From the NCBI GenBank assembly GCA_043805415.1, contig JAZDHZ010000037.1, positions 6,949 through 70,948 on the forward strand: DNA of 64,000 bases, read 5' to 3'. The DNA comes from Candidatus Omnitrophota bacterium (lineage in GTDB: Bacteria; Omnitrophota; Gorgyraeia; B26-G9). The notes beneath the pieces were generated by a model that saw nothing but the letters and a program-made list of their open reading frames with translations, did not search any database and was not told where the DNA came from. Positions within the stretch are counted from its first letter, which is position 1, and each line of letters begins with the position of its first letter. This document shows positions 1 to 8,722 of the stretch, piece after piece. The position numbers and the translations under genes were made by a program.

Positions 1-956
1 AAACTGCTTGCGCCATAATAAAAAACGGCAGTACAGTATTATCCTCCTGCGTTAGCTCAAGCATACACATGCATCGTAAATTTGGCGGAATTGTGCCTGA
101 GATAGCATCGCGGTTTCATTTAGAGTACATAACCCCGGTAGTAGAAAACGCGCTTAAAAAAGCCAATGTAAAGCTGTCTGATATTGATCTTATTGCCGCT
201 ACCCACGCGCCAGGACTTGTCGGCTCACTTTTAGTCGGGCTCTCTTTTGCTAAAGCGCTTAGCTTGGCAATCAATAAACCCTTTCTTGGAGTAAACCATA
301 TTAACGCGCATATGTTTTCCCCTTTTATTCAGGAAAAGAAATTTGAATTCCCGTTTATTGGATTAATTGTCTCCGGCGGACATACCAGCTTAGCCAAAGT
401 GCGGGATTTTGATAAAATTAAAATAATCGGCAATACCCGGGATGACGCGGCTGGCGAAGCTTATGATAAAGTAGCAAAATTATTAGAATTACCTTATCCT
501 GGCGGTCCGCAAATTGATAAACTGGCATCAAGCATCAGCCATTCCCCGTTTAAGCTAAAATGCGCTAATCTGGAAAATAGTTTTGATTTTAGTTTTAGCG
601 GGATAAAAACAGATGTGCTGTATACCTGGAGTAAGTTGAAAATTAAAAACAAAAAAGCAAAAACCGGGATTGCCCACGCGTTTCAAAAGCAGGTTGTTGA
701 GATTCTGGTGGCCAAAAGCATGGCTGCTTGCAAAAAATATAAGATCAATCTCCTATCTGTGGGAGGAGGTGTAGCTTGTAATAGTTTTTTAAGAACCAGC
801 CTCCAAGAAGCAGGCAAACAAGCAAAAATACGTGTATTAATTTCCGATATTCATCTTTGTCTGGATAATGCCGCGATGATCGGAGTGCTTGGATATAATT
901 TATTTAAAAAAGGCAAACGCTCGGAATATTCCCTTAGCGCTTCTGCTTCGTCATAA
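1..956 (+). CDS. tsaD: tRNA N6-adenosine threonylcarbamoyltransferase TsaD (Kae1/Gcp family), 5'-partial at window edge
   Basis: The reading frame is open from base 3. The translation has GGVVPE-like 'GGIVPEIASRFH', the metal-binding 'HINAHM' (HxEGH-type) and the C-terminal 'GGGVACNSFLR', all TsaD hallmarks. About 40 N-terminal residues lie upstream of the window. Confidence 0.85.
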   Translation, partial: TACAIIKNGSTVLSSCVSSSIHMHRKFGGIVPEIASRFHLEYITPVVENALKKANVKLSDIDLIAATHAPGLVGSLLVGLSFAKALSLAINKPFLGVNHINAHMFSPFIQEKKFEFPFIGLIVSGGHTSLAKVRDFDKIKIIGNTRDDAAGEAYDKVAKLLELPYPGGPQIDKLASSISHSPFKLKCANLENSFDFSFSGIKTDVLYTWSKLKIKNKKAKTGIAHAFQKQVVEILVAKSMAACKKYKINLLSVGGGVACNSFLRTSLQEAGKQAKIRVLISDIHLCLDNAAMIGVLGYNLFKKGKRSEYSLSASASS

Positions 957-1131
957 AACATTTAATGTTTTTCAAAATCGAGATTGACAAAACGGGTTTT
1001 TTGTCTCAATATAGTAAAGAATCTATCCAAAAGCATAATCCTGGGTTTAGCGATAAAACACAGGATTATATAAATATAAATTGTGATTCCAAAGAACTAT
1101 CTTTGGGTACATTGAAGGCAGGTGAAAAGTA

Positions 1132-1215
1132 ATGGCAAAAAGGACAAGAAAAGGTAAGCTCAAATGGAAATCTAAAAAAGCTAACCACGGACATAAGCCT
1201 ACTCGTGGCGCGTAG
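1132..1215 (+). CDS. 27-aa highly basic peptide (MAKRTRKGKLKWKSKKANHGHKPTRGA), possibly a ribosomal protein THX/bTHX-like small subunit protein
   Basis: An ATG is preceded by 'aggtga' 8 nt upstream. The ORF is too short for the ORF track. Its composition and the 'RTRKGK...GHKP' pattern loosely resemble THX ('RTRRGK...GKYRP'). An imperfect hairpin follows at 1217-1250. Confidence 0.3.
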   Translation: MAKRTRKGKLKWKSKKANHGHKPTRGA

Positions 1216-1322
1216 TTAAGTAGCGCTATCCTTAGTAATAAGGACAGCGCTATGCTTGACTTTGAAATTTAAAAATGATAGAATTTATTTACTTTCTGGT
1301 TAACACGGTCTAGGGGATTGCA

Positions 1323-1811
1323 TTGAGAACAAGATTATTTTTTAGTATTGTAATATGTTTTTTCGTGGTTATTATATTAAATAGCTTTACTCCTTGTTCC
1401 CTAGCAATGAGTAAACGGCCAAAAGCCGCGAAAAAATCAGACTCCAAGAGATTTGTTTTACCTGAGATTGAAATAATCAGTCAACCTGAAGCCAATAGGC
1501 AGCTGCTTTTAGGAGATCAGACTGAACCCGCACCAAGAGTTGGGGTCTCCCCTACTGAAGTATTGCCGGCTGTGGGTAAAGATGCTAATCTCGCTGCCAA
1601 GGGATACATGATTGTTGATGTGCAAAGGGCATTGCATAATGCCGGATTTGACATTGGTTCTATTGACGGTAAAATGGGACCTAAAACAAAAAAGGCAATC
1701 CAAAATTTTCAGAAAGAAAATAATTTAACAGCTGATGGGATTGTAGGTAAAAAAACCTGGGCTGCTTTAAAATTATATATTGGTGAATCTAAAACTAGTA
1801 ATGGAAATTAA
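1323..1811 (+). CDS. secreted peptidoglycan-binding domain protein
   Basis: Hydrophobic N-terminal signal/anchor. The C-terminus carries a PG_binding_1-like motif 'DGKMGPKTKKAIQNFQKENNLTADGIVGKKTWAAL'. Confidence 0.6.
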   Translation: MRTRLFFSIVICFFVVIILNSFTPCSLAMSKRPKAAKKSDSKRFVLPEIEIISQPEANRQLLLGDQTEPAPRVGVSPTEVLPAVGKDANLAAKGYMIVDVQRALHNAGFDIGSIDGKMGPKTKKAIQNFQKENNLTADGIVGKKTWAALKLYIGESKTSNGN

Positions 1812-1834
1812 TCGCCACACTTAAGGAGGTATAG

Positions 1835-2482
1835 ATGTCTGTTAAATTAAGATATTTAATTGCAATACCGTTAATAATTAGTCTGTGCGGATGTTCGATC
1901 ATTCTGCAAAAAAGAAGTCCCAATGATTTAGACCAGATTGATAATCTAAGCACTGAGCTTTCCCAGGAAAGATTAGCCCGGGAACAATTAGAAAGAGCGA
2001 GAGACGAACTTGCCGAGCAGCTTAAAAAAGAAATCGAAGAAAAACAAATTAGATTGGAAATGCTGAATAAAGGGCTTGTTATTACCTTTATCGATGAAGT
2101 TTTATTTGATTCCGGGAAAGCTGAACTAAGAAAATCCGCTTATTCAGTATTAGATAGAGTTTCTACTGTTTTAAACAATCAAGTAAGTAACCGGGATATC
2201 GCGATTGAAGGACATACGGATAATCAGCCGATCAAACAATCAAATTGGAAATCAAACTGGGAACTTTCTACTGCTCGAGCAACAAGTGTGCTCCACTATC
2301 TTATTGATAATGGAAATCTTGAACCAAAACGTTTATCAGCGGTTGGTTATGGTGAGTTTCACCCAGTCGCGTCTAATGAATCCAAAGCTGAGCGTCAGCA
2401 AAATAGACGCGTAGAAATTACTATTTTACCAGAAAAAATTATTAAACAAAAACCTGGTCAGAATAGCGGAGATATAAAATAA
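1835..2482 (+). CDS. OmpA/MotB-family lipoprotein (Pal-like peptidoglycan-associated protein)
   Basis: RBS 'taaggaggt' upstream. Lipobox 'LCGCS'. OmpA C-like motifs 'IEGHTDN', 'NWELSTARA', 'RRVEI'. Confidence 0.8.
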   Translation: MSVKLRYLIAIPLIISLCGCSIILQKRSPNDLDQIDNLSTELSQERLAREQLERARDELAEQLKKEIEEKQIRLEMLNKGLVITFIDEVLFDSGKAELRKSAYSVLDRVSTVLNNQVSNRDIAIEGHTDNQPIKQSNWKSNWELSTARATSVLHYLIDNGNLEPKRLSAVGYGEFHPVASNESKAERQQNRRVEITILPEKIIKQKPGQNSGDIK

Positions 2483-2486
2483 ACAA

Positions 2487-3017
2487 ATGAAAGAATCAAT
2501 GCTAAGGAAGCTTGTTTTACTGCTTCTATTAAGTACTATTGTTTGTATCTTATGGGCAGCGGGCGCTCATGCCAGAAAAAGAGTAGAATTGGACAAAAGC
2601 AAAGAACTTAATGAAAAACTGGAAAACCTTACTCTAGCGAATACAGTGATTACAAACAACCTTAAAAGCATCCAGAACAAAATTGCCAGCTTGCAGCAAA
2701 AAGAATATGAATTAAAGAATAATCTTAAAGAAGAAGAAAAAGCAAAAGAAGAGTTGCGTTCTAAACTCCAAATCACAAAAGAAGGACACAACCAAAACAG
2801 CAAAACATTAGAAGAATTAAAAAATACTAATACAACTTTGGGAGAAGAATTAATCAGGTTAAAAGAAAAAGATCTTGCCTTAAACCAAGAACTCGAACAG
2901 CTTAAAAAAACCCTGGAGCAAAACACAGCCAAAAAGAAAACAGCAATTGAAGCAAATAAGAATCCTGAGGAAAAAAAGCCGGAAACAAGTAGTTCCAGCA
3001 GCAACTTTGCTTGGTAA
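2487..3017 (+). CDS. secreted coiled-coil protein (hypothetical)
   Basis: N-terminal signal peptide, then a long K/E/L-rich heptad-like region. No catalytic motifs. Confidence 0.45.
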   Translation: MKESMLRKLVLLLLLSTIVCILWAAGAHARKRVELDKSKELNEKLENLTLANTVITNNLKSIQNKIASLQQKEYELKNNLKEEEKAKEELRSKLQITKEGHNQNSKTLEELKNTNTTLGEELIRLKEKDLALNQELEQLKKTLEQNTAKKKTAIEANKNPEEKKPETSSSSSNFAW

Positions 3018-3040
3018 GTATATAGTTTAAAAATAAAAAA

Positions 3041-3072
3041 AGAGACATTTGCAAGATAATGTCTCTTTTTTA
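3041..3072. terminator. bidirectional rho-independent terminator between convergent genes
   Basis: 9-bp stem 'agagacatt'/'aatgtctct' with an 8-nt loop, flanked by an A-run upstream and 'tttttta' downstream. It lies at the + to - strand switch. Confidence 0.6.
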
Positions 3073-3140
3073 TTGCGTATCCCGAATTATTCTCCAGGAT
3101 ATTGCTTATTGTTAAGAATACAAACAGTCACCCAAATTAT

Positions 3141-3317
3141 TTATTTCTGTGCATCAGGCTTATCTTTGGTTTTATCATCCTTACTATTCATTGTCTTCTT
3201 AAACTCATTAATGCTCTGGCCCAGAGAACGGGCTATTTCCGGCAGCTTACTGGCACCAAAAAGCAGTAAAAGAATAAACAATATTAATACTAATTCCGGA
3301 ACTCCGAATTTCCCCAT
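3141..3317 (-). CDS. tatA: twin-arginine translocase subunit TatA/E
   Basis: 'MGKFGVPELVLILFILLLLFGASKLPEIARSLGQSINEFKK' is a typical TatA TM segment plus amphipathic helix. Start chosen at the internal Met, 2 nt downstream of the tatC stop. The ORF-track start at 3335 would overlap tatC. Confidence 0.8.
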   Translation of the reverse strand: MGKFGVPELVLILFILLLLFGASKLPEIARSLGQSINEFKKTMNSKDDKTKDKPDAQK

Positions 3318-3318
3318 T

Positions 3319-4035
3319 TTATCCCTTCCTTTCAAAAATCCTGATCAACAATATACTTAGTTCATATAAAACAATTATTGGTAAAGCAAGTAAAGTCTGA
3401 TTTACCATATCCGGAGTAGGCGTAAGCGCTGCTCCGACAATAAAACTGCCCAATATCGCAAACCGCCTGAATTTACACAAAGATCGCACATTAACAATCC
3501 CAATCCTGGCCAAAAACATTAAGATCAACGGAAGCTGAAAAGTGCTGCCAAAAGCAAACACTAAACAGCCGATAAAAGAAAGATATTTACTCACCGATAT
3601 TAACGGAATCAATGTATCTGATCCATAGGAAAGTAAAAACTTTATCGCGACCGGGATAACAAAAAAATAACAAAAACCAGCACCAATTGTAAATAATACG
3701 AAACTCGATATACTTAAAGGCAAAACTTGTTTTTTTTCATCCCGCCTTAATCCCAATTCGACAAACTTCCATATCTGATAAAAAAGAAACGGCAAAGCGC
3801 AATACAAACCAATAAAAAAAGCTAACTTTACTTTTACCCAAAAGGCTTCTGCCGGGCCCATAAAATATAATTTGCCCACTGCCTGAACCAAAATCGCCAT
3901 AATCTGCGAGGTAAAATTATAGACTAATGCTGTGCAGACAATTATTAAAACAAGAGAAACAAGAATTCTATTGCGCAATTCCTCAAGGTGGTCCATAAGC
4001 GAACGCGGAGTATCAAGATCAGTTACTTTATTCAC
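3319..4035 (-). CDS. tatC: twin-arginine translocase subunit TatC
   Basis: 'HLEELRNRIL' N-terminal TatC signature and a six-TM profile. Confidence 0.85.
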   Translation of the reverse strand: MNKVTDLDTPRSLMDHLEELRNRILVSLVLIIVCTALVYNFTSQIMAILVQAVGKLYFMGPAEAFWVKVKLAFFIGLYCALPFLFYQIWKFVELGLRRDEKKQVLPLSISSFVLFTIGAGFCYFFVIPVAIKFLLSYGSDTLIPLISVSKYLSFIGCLVFAFGSTFQLPLILMFLARIGIVNVRSLCKFRRFAILGSFIVGAALTPTPDMVNQTLLALPIIVLYELSILLIRIFERKG

Positions 4036-4293
4036 TTAATAAATCTCCTCTTTTTCCGCTTTTTCTGTTTTTTTCGCTTTTTCCTGGTTCTCTTTTAATT
4101 TAGCTTCCACTTCTTTGACTATTTCTTCCGGAGGCTCCTGATTAATCGCTTCTTTAAAGTCATCCGCGGCTTTTTTAAATTCACGCATTGCTTTACCTAA
4201 CATTCTGCCGACTTCAGGCAGCTTTTTTGGTCCAAAAACCAGCAAAGCAACAACAAAAACTAAAATCAACTCCGGCATTCCGATACTAAACAT
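4036..4293 (-). CDS. twin-arginine translocase subunit TatA/TatB-like
   Basis: '[41 protein letters not shown]' plus a charged C-terminal tail. Adjacent to tatC. Confidence 0.75.
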   Translation of the reverse strand: MFSIGMPELILVFVVALLVFGPKKLPEVGRMLGKAMREFKKAADDFKEAINQEPPEEIVKEVEAKLKENQEKAKKTEKAEKEEIY

Positions 4294-4340
4294 AACTTAA
4301 ACCTCATTGTAGAAATACAAATTGCCGATAATCTTTATTC

Positions 4341-5624
4341 TTATATCTTGGACATGGCCTTTTTTACCGCTTGTATGGTATATTCTATATCTTTTTTGCC
4401 ATGGGCGAAAGATAAAAAGTTAGCTTCAAACTGTGATGGAGTAAAGTATACGCCTAATTCCAGCATCCTGGTAAAATAAGCCGCGTATTTTTTTACATCA
4501 CAAGAACAGGCATCTTGGTAATCAAAAACTTTTTTATTAGTAAAAAATACCGTAAACATCGAACCAATATAATTAACCGCTAAATCAATTTTCTTTTCCT
4601 TGGCAATAGCTTCAATTGCTTTGCATAAGTTCTCTGTCATCGCGGTTATTTTTTTATAATCTACGATTTGTAAAATCTGCAAAGTTTTTAAACCGCAGGC
4701 AACGGCAATCGGATTGCCGGATAATGTGCCAGCCTGATACATCCCTCCCAGCGGACTAACGCACTCCATTATCTGCTGGCTTGCCCCATAAGCGCCAATC
4801 GGCAAGCCCCCGCCAATAATTTTGCCCAAGCAAGTAATATCTGGTTTTATTTTAAAGATAGACTGAGCGCCGCCAAAACAAAAGCGAAAACCAGTCATCA
4901 CCTCATCAAAGATCAGCAATATGCCGTATTCATTGGTTATTTGCCTTAAATCCGCTAAAAAATTGTCTTTGGGCACCACAACCCCCATATTACCGCAAAC
5001 CGGCTCTATGATAATGGCAGCTATCTGTTTATGGCTGGTTTGGACAACTGCTCTAACCTGATCAATATTATTATACGGCAATACAATTGTATTTTTAGTC
5101 AAGTCATGCGGAACGCCAATACTTGTCGGCACGCCAAACGTGGCTGCTCCGCTGCCGGCTTTTACTAAAAGGCTGTCTGTGTGTCCATGATAGCAGCCTT
5201 CAAATTTAATTATTTTATCTTTTTTGGTAAATCCCCGCGCTAAACGAATGGCGCTCATCGTTGCCTCTGTGCCGGAACTAACTAAACGCATTTTTTCCAT
5301 GCTCGGAAAAGCCTGGTTAATCATCGTAGCTATTTTAGTCTCAGCCTCAGTAGGAGCACCAAAACTTGTTCCATTATTAAGCGCTTGCTTAATATAAGCA
5401 ACAACCTGTTTCTCAGCATGGCCTAAAATCAAAGGCCCCCAGCTTAAAACATAATCAATGTATGAATTACCATCCACATCATAGATTCTTGCGCCTTTGC
5501 CTTTTTTAATAAAAATCGGATCACCGCCCACTGCCCCAAAAGCCCGTACCGGAGAATTAACGCCTGCGGGCATTATTTTCTTTGCCTGCTTATACAGTTG
5601 TTTTGAGTTTTCTCTTCTTTTCAT
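4341..5624 (-). CDS. hemL: glutamate-1-semialdehyde 2,1-aminomutase
   Basis: 'GVNSPVRAF' and class-III aminotransferase PLP-lysine region, about 427 aa. Confidence 0.9.
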   Translation of the reverse strand: MKRRENSKQLYKQAKKIMPAGVNSPVRAFGAVGGDPIFIKKGKGARIYDVDGNSYIDYVLSWGPLILGHAEKQVVAYIKQALNNGTSFGAPTEAETKIATMINQAFPSMEKMRLVSSGTEATMSAIRLARGFTKKDKIIKFEGCYHGHTDSLLVKAGSGAATFGVPTSIGVPHDLTKNTIVLPYNNIDQVRAVVQTSHKQIAAIIIEPVCGNMGVVVPKDNFLADLRQITNEYGILLIFDEVMTGFRFCFGGAQSIFKIKPDITCLGKIIGGGLPIGAYGASQQIMECVSPLGGMYQAGTLSGNPIAVACGLKTLQILQIVDYKKITAMTENLCKAIEAIAKEKKIDLAVNYIGSMFTVFFTNKKVFDYQDACSCDVKKYAAYFTRMLELGVYFTPSQFEANFLSFAHGKKDIEYTIQAVKKAMSKI

Positions 5625-5673
5625 TTTTTATTTTTCCTATTCGCTAAATTTACCTTGAGAATTTTTGCCCCAA

Positions 5674-5712
5674 ATCCTAAACCCTACACCCTAAGTGCTA
5701 AACCCTATATTT
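5674..5712 (-). promoter_or_regulatory. bipartite telomere-like repeat element upstream of hemL (shared with hemB upstream)
   Basis: In gene orientation it reads TATAGGGTTTAGC-N10-TAGGGTTTAGGA, ending about 50 nt before the hemL ATG. A near-identical element sits at the same spacing before hemB. Confidence 0.35.
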
Positions 5713-6171
5713 CGGGCTAGTTTTTTTAAACTGCTTTTCGGTAAAAAGCATTTTATAAGTTTTAACCCCGGTTTTTTTTACTAAAAACTCAATGACTTCA
5801 GCGCATTGTTTTTTTGTCGCGCCATGAATCATTGTATAAAAATTATACGGCCATTTTTTAGAAGTTTTACGCGAATAGCAATGGCTTATCTGCGGCAGTT
5901 TTTTCGCCAAAGCAGCTATTGTATTTATTTTGCTCTTCGGAACTATCCATACACCCATGCAATTTGCTTTTAAACCCACTTCATGATGCGCTAAGATTGC
6001 CCCGAACCTGCGGATATATCCTGTTTTTTTTAATAATATTATTTGGTTTACTATTGTTTTTTCATCAACTTTATTTTGCAATGCTATTTCAGCGTATGGA
6101 TTTTCTTGACAAGGAATATCTGCTTGTAAAAAATTCAACACACTCTTTTGCGTTTTTGTCAGCTTACTCAA
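5698..6171 (-). CDS. AsnC/Lrp-like siroheme decarboxylase subunit (AhbA/AhbB; NirD/L/G/H family)
   Basis: 'LNFLQ...ENPYAEIALQ...TGYIRRFGAIL' is the typical AhbA/B-NirDLGH fold. It pairs with the adjacent paralog. Confidence 0.6.
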   Translation of the reverse strand: MSKLTKTQKSVLNFLQADIPCQENPYAEIALQNKVDEKTIVNQIILLKKTGYIRRFGAILAHHEVGLKANCMGVWIVPKSKINTIAALAKKLPQISHCYSRKTSKKWPYNFYTMIHGATKKQCAEVIEFLVKKTGVKTYKMLFTEKQFKKTSPKYRV

Positions 6172-6614
6172 AACTTAAACTCCGCTTTTATTTTAAATGT
6201 TTCCACTGCCGGCAAAGCAAGCACTGCTTCAATTCCTCTGCGTTTTTTTAAATTCTCAATAAAGCTGTTTATCTCTTTTTTTGTTTTCGCGCTAAAAGTA
6301 AACCACAAGTTATACTCGGCTTTGCGCGAATAATTATGAGTAACATTTTCAAATGAATTAATAAATAAAGCGGTTTTTTCCACATACTCAGGTTTAACCC
6401 GCGCGGCAATCAGCATGCTTTTATAACCTAAATGCGCCGCTGACGCGACCGCGCCAATTCTGCGAATTATTTTTTTATGCTTAAATTCCTGGATCTTGGA
6501 CAATAGCTGCTTCTGAGTCAGACCTAAACGCTCAGCTAGCACTTGGTATGGATTTTCCACAATCGGAAAATTAGATTGCAATACTTTGAGAATCTTTTTT
6601 TCTTTTTGGTTCAT
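6168..6614 (-). CDS. AsnC/Lrp-like siroheme decarboxylase subunit (AhbA/AhbB paralog)
   Basis: 'ILKVLQSNFPIVENPYQVLAERLGL...IRRIGAV'. Start set at the internal Met (MNQKEKK). The 61 extra N-terminal codons in the ORF track overlap the upstream gene and look spurious. Confidence 0.6.
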   Translation of the reverse strand: MNQKEKKILKVLQSNFPIVENPYQVLAERLGLTQKQLLSKIQEFKHKKIIRRIGAVASAAHLGYKSMLIAARVKPEYVEKTALFINSFENVTHNYSRKAEYNLWFTFSAKTKKEINSFIENLKKRRGIEAVLALPAVETFKIKAEFKF

Positions 6615-7587
6615 AATTACAATTAGTATCTTCCCCGAGATAATTGCCGTTGGATTGAAAATAAGCTGTGGCCCGACAGCCGGAACACATTTTTTTATAC
6701 TCACATATCCCGCATTTTCCCTGCCAATCCATTTTCCGCAGATCATTAAGCACTTTGCTTTCCCGCCAAATTTTTTTAATTCCCTGTTCGCGCGCATTAC
6801 CTAAATAAATCGGCATATACGGACAGGGATGAACATCACCATTAGGTAAAATACAAGCATAGCTGATCCCGGATAAACAGCCTTTATTAAACCGCGTCTT
6901 GATTTTTTTCTCCGCGGCAATGCGCATAAACTGGGGCGCGCATACCGGCTTTAATTCTAAATTTACGGTTTTTTGTTTTTCCAGGATCTCTCCGAGTAAA
7001 CGTTCGTATTCCTTTGCCGCGGGAATAACTGAATCAATATTTTTCCCTCTGCCAGTAGGCACAAGGAAAAAAATATGCTGCGCCGCCGCGCCCAGACTCT
7101 GGGCTAAATCAGTTATCTCTAGGATTTCATTTATGTTCTTAGTTGTCACTGTGGTATGAATCTGAAATTCAAGACCAGCATCCTTACAGTACTTCATGGC
7201 ATCAATTGATTTTTGCCAGCAGCCTTTTACTTGGCGAAAAGCATCATGCCTTGACGGGTCTATGGAATCCAGGCTTATCCCGGCACGCTTTAGGCCGGAT
7301 TGCTTTAGTTTTTGCGCGCAATCACTGTCAAGCAAAGTCCCATTTGTGCCTAAAACACTTATTAGCCCTAAGCTTTTTGCAAACTTTATCCAGTCAAACA
7401 GTTCAGCTCTTAAAAGCGGTTCGCCTCCGGAAAAAATAACTATTTTAAACCCCAGTTCTTTTAAATCAGAAAGCAGTTTTTTCCCTTCGTCCAAGGTAAG
7501 CTCATCTTTTTGCGCTAGCCCGGCATCCCGGTAACAATGTTCGCACTCTAAATTACAGGCCTTTGTAATATTCCATGAAATCAACAT
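6571..7587 (-). CDS. radical SAM/SPASM-domain enzyme, AhbC/AhbD-like (alternative heme biosynthesis)
   Basis: 'CNLECEHC' CxxxCxxC cluster and a Cys-rich SPASM C-terminus 'CGICEYKKMCSGC'. Flanked by ahbAB-like genes and hemB. Confidence 0.6.
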   Translation of the reverse strand: MLISWNITKACNLECEHCYRDAGLAQKDELTLDEGKKLLSDLKELGFKIVIFSGGEPLLRAELFDWIKFAKSLGLISVLGTNGTLLDSDCAQKLKQSGLKRAGISLDSIDPSRHDAFRQVKGCWQKSIDAMKYCKDAGLEFQIHTTVTTKNINEILEITDLAQSLGAAAQHIFFLVPTGRGKNIDSVIPAAKEYERLLGEILEKQKTVNLELKPVCAPQFMRIAAEKKIKTRFNKGCLSGISYACILPNGDVHPCPYMPIYLGNAREQGIKKIWRESKVLNDLRKMDWQGKCGICEYKKMCSGCRATAYFQSNGNYLGEDTNCNYEPKRKKDSQSIAI

Positions 7588-7615
7588 TATGTGATCTTTC
7601 AGTTTAATTCATATT

Positions 7616-8680
7616 CTAAAGTAAAAATTTCCCGCTTAACCATCGCGCCGCGTCTTTAGCGTGATAAGTAACAATTAGATCAGCTCCGGCTCTTTTCATG
7701 CTAATCAGTATTTCCATAATAATTGCTTTTTCATCAACCAGTCCGGCGGCCGCGGCAGCTTTGACCATGGAAAATTCTCCGCTGACATTATATACAGCTA
7801 CCGGCACATCAAAATTTTGTTTGGCTTTACAAACAATATCTAAATAAGACAGCGCCGGTTTAATCATTACAATATCCGCGCCTTCCTGAATATCCAGCTC
7901 AATTTCCTTCATTGCCTCATTTGGATTTGCCGGGTTCAGCTGATAAGTTTTGCGATCCCCGAATTCCGGTGAAGATTTAGCGGCATCACGAAACGGCCCA
8001 TAAAAACTAGAGGCGAATTTGGCGCTATAAGACATAATCGGCAAATGTTTAAAATTATTCGCGTCCAAGGCTTTTCTAATCGCCAAAACCTGTCCGTCCA
8101 TCATACTGCTGGGGGCAACCATATCTGCTCCAGCTTCAGCGTGCGAAAGCGCCATTTTAGCTAATAGTTCACAGGTCGCGTCATTGTACACAACCACTTC
8201 TTTGGATTTTGATACTTCCTGACTAGTTTCTTCTGTTTCAGATTCATGATTCGCGGCAGTTGAAATGTTTTTAACTATCCCGCAATGGCCGGAAGTTGTA
8301 TAAGCGCACAAACAAACATCAGTAATAATCAGAATATTCGGGAATTTTTCTTTTAAAGCTTTAATTGCCGTCTGGACTATCCCGTTTTTCGCGTAAGCGC
8401 TGGTAGCTCTTTCATCTTTTTTTTCCGGAAGACCAAAAAGCATAATCGCCGGTATATGTAAACCTTCGACTTCTTTTACTTCTTTGAGTAAATTATCCAC
8501 TGAAAATCTAAACATGCCAGGCATAGATTCAATCGGTTCCTTGACAGACTGACCTTCGACAATAAATACCGGATAGATTAAAGAACGCACATTTAATTCG
8601 GTTTCCTTAAACATTTCTCTTAAAAACTGATTTTTCCGCAATCTTCTTAATCTTTTAATCGGGTAATACATAATAAACAC
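7616..8680 (-). CDS. hemB: porphobilinogen synthase (delta-aminolevulinic acid dehydratase)
   Basis: Active-site region 'DVCLCAYTTSGHCG' and Schiff-base lysine context 'VMIKPALSYLDIV'. Contains a roughly 25-aa acidic insertion. Confidence 0.9.
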   Translation of the reverse strand: MFIMYYPIKRLRRLRKNQFLREMFKETELNVRSLIYPVFIVEGQSVKEPIESMPGMFRFSVDNLLKEVKEVEGLHIPAIMLFGLPEKKDERATSAYAKNGIVQTAIKALKEKFPNILIITDVCLCAYTTSGHCGIVKNISTAANHESETEETSQEVSKSKEVVVYNDATCELLAKMALSHAEAGADMVAPSSMMDGQVLAIRKALDANNFKHLPIMSYSAKFASSFYGPFRDAAKSSPEFGDRKTYQLNPANPNEAMKEIELDIQEGADIVMIKPALSYLDIVCKAKQNFDVPVAVYNVSGEFSMVKAAAAAGLVDEKAIIMEILISMKRAGADLIVTYHAKDAARWLSGKFLL

Positions 8681-8722
8681 TCCTTCTCTTGTCCTAATAT
8701 AGTTGACACTTTTTTAAAAAAT

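Noticed and set aside
957-1322. Possible tRNA or other RNA gene in the 366-bp gap after tsaD
   Set aside because: No cloverleaf-compatible stems or conserved T-loop (GTTCRANYC) found by eye. The gap instead contains a short basic ORF and a hairpin.
2567-3004. 145-aa - strand ORF antisense to the coiled-coil gene
   Set aside because: Low-complexity S/F/L-rich translation of the opposite strand of a K/E-rich gene. No start context. Typical antisense artefact.
5674-5712. CRISPR-like or telomere repeat array (CCCTAAA-type repeats)
   Set aside because: Only two half-sites per locus, no regular repeat-spacer periodicity and no cas genes. Better explained as a paired regulatory element (reported as a finding).
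6168-6797. Long 209-aa version of the second AhbA/B-like gene
   Set aside because: The first 61 codons overlap the upstream radical-SAM gene and have no similarity to AsnC-like proteins. The internal Met at 6614 gives the expected ~149-aa product.
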